Positions 63,125-64,000 of a stretch of DNA of 64,000 nucleotides are shown here, in pieces (position 1 is the first letter of the stretch; the number at the start of each line of letters is the position of its first letter). Source of the stretch: Burkholderiales bacterium (GTDB lineage: Bacteria > Pseudomonadota > Gammaproteobacteria > Burkholderiales > Burkholderiaceae_F); contig CP070661.1 in the NCBI GenBank assembly GCA_020355165.1, positions 3,421,809 through 3,485,808 on the forward strand, read 5' to 3'. A program made the position numbers and the translations under genes. The notes beneath the pieces are model-generated. The model was not told the DNA's origin. It did no database searches and saw nothing but the letters and a program-made list of their open reading frames with translations.

Positions 63125-64000
63125 ATGGCGATCCTGCATCAACTGCTTGGCGTTGCTGCGCTGCTGGCGCTGGCCTGGGCATTGTCCGAGAACCGCCGCG
63201 CAGTCCGCTGGCGGACGGTCGCCATCGGCATGCTGCTGGCGCTGGCGCTGGCAGCGACGATGCTGAAGCTGCCGCCGGTCGCGGCGGCATTGCAGTCGCT
63301 CAACGCCGCGGTCGAGGCCCTGAACAGCGCCACGCTGGCCGGCACTTCCTTCGTCTTCGGCTACCTTGGCGGCGGCCAGCCGCCGTTTGCGCCGACCCAC
63401 CCGCAGTCGAGCTTCATCCTCGCCTTCCAGGCGCTGCCGCTGGTGCTGGTGATCTCGGCCCTGTCGGCGCTGCTGTTCCACTGGCGCGTCCTGCCCGCGC
63501 TGGTGCAGGCCTTCGCCTGGCTGCTGCGGCGCACGCTCGGCGTCGGCGGCGCGGTCGGCGTCTCTGCCGCAGCCAACGTCTTCGTCGGCATGGTCGAGGC
63601 ACCGCTGGTGGTGGCGCCCTACCTGGCACGGCTGTCGCGCGGCGAGCTGTTCATCGTGATGAACTGCGGCATGGCGACGATCGCCGGCACGGTGCTGGTG
63701 CTGTACGCGACGTTCCTCTCGCCGGTGGTCCCCGACGCGCTTGGCCACCTGCTGGTCGCCTCGTTCGTCGCTACCCCGGTGGCGATCGCGGTGGCGGCGC
63801 TGATGGTGCCGTCGCCGCTTGACGACGGCGCGTCGATTCAGCTCGACCGGCAGGACGCCAGCGCGGTGGCCGCGGTGACGCGGGGGACGCTCGAAGGGCT
63901 GCAGCTGCTGCTGAACATCGTCGCCATGCTGATCGTCTTCGTCGCGCTGGTCGCGCTGGCCAATGCCTTGCTGGCGCAGCTGCCGTCGCTCGGCGGCGCG
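63125..64000 (+). CDS. nupC: NupC/concentrative nucleoside transporter family protein, N-terminal 292 codons (runs off the right window edge)
   Basis: Absent from the ORF track because there is no stop in the window. Hand translation from ATG at 63125 gives MAILHQLLGVAALLALAWALSENRRAVRWRTVAIGMLLALALA...GTSFVFGYLGG...ANVFVGMVEAPLVVAPYL...MATIAGTVLVLY, the characteristic CNT N-terminal and core blocks. Confidence 0.8.
   Translation, partial: MAILHQLLGVAALLALAWALSENRRAVRWRTVAIGMLLALALAATMLKLPPVAAALQSLNAAVEALNSATLAGTSFVFGYLGGGQPPFAPTHPQSSFILAFQALPLVLVISALSALLFHWRVLPALVQAFAWLLRRTLGVGGAVGVSAAANVFVGMVEAPLVVAPYLARLSRGELFIVMNCGMATIAGTVLVLYATFLSPVVPDALGHLLVASFVATPVAIAVAALMVPSPLDDGASIQLDRQDASAVAAVTRGTLEGLQLLLNIVAMLIVFVALVALANALLAQLPSLGGA

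Overview
This is a high-GC chromosomal core region, roughly two-thirds G+C by eye (not computed), with betaproteobacterial-type gene content and order (taxonomy is inference). It is almost gap-free. I call 63 protein-coding genes. Two of them are cut by the window edges and are missing from the ORF track: def at the left edge and a NupC-type transporter at the right edge. There is also one three-tRNA operon (Gly-GCC, Cys-GCA, Leu-UAA). Content is overwhelmingly housekeeping. From left to right: def, an MTAP-like gene, ligA-zipA-smc; queF-dapC-dapD-(PilU-like ATPase)-dapE-prmB; an ABC-F / CoA-transferase / phosphatase / kinase block; a Liv-type ABC importer plus thioesterase; a small redox/detox group (ALDH, SRPBCC, QOR, GST); uvrC-pgsA-tRNA(Gly,Cys,Leu); and efp. 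An 18.5-kb all-minus-strand block then runs yceD-rpmF-plsX-fabHDG-acpP-fabF-(YgfX-like)-rpoE-rseA-rseB-mucD-lepA-lepB-DUF4845-rnc-era-recO-pdxJ-acpS-nagZ. The window ends with maf, rluC/rne, moaA-mobA-moeA, an ALDH and nupC. Many neighbours share 1-, 4- or 8-nt start/stop overlaps. I found no rRNA, CRISPR array, transposase, integrase, phage gene or recognisable defence gene, and no convincing novel multi-gene system. The many very long extra ORFs in the track are antisense shadow ORFs typical of high-GC DNA. The best leads are modest. (1) A translationally coupled ABC-F / AMACR-like CoA-transferase / histidine phosphatase / ACAD10-11-LvaA-type kinase block with no acyl-CoA-dehydrogenase partner. 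(2) An EF-P family protein with an atypical Arg-tipped loop and no modification gene nearby. (3) A perfect consensus sigma-70 promoter driving the tRNA operon, with a DUF1178 gene starting 18 nt after the last tRNA. (4) A sigma-E-type promoter in front of rpoE. (5) An orphan PilU-like ATPase inside the dap operon. (6) Several well-defined intercistronic stem-loops. All coordinates and motifs were read by hand from the sequence. No database search or folding computation was run.
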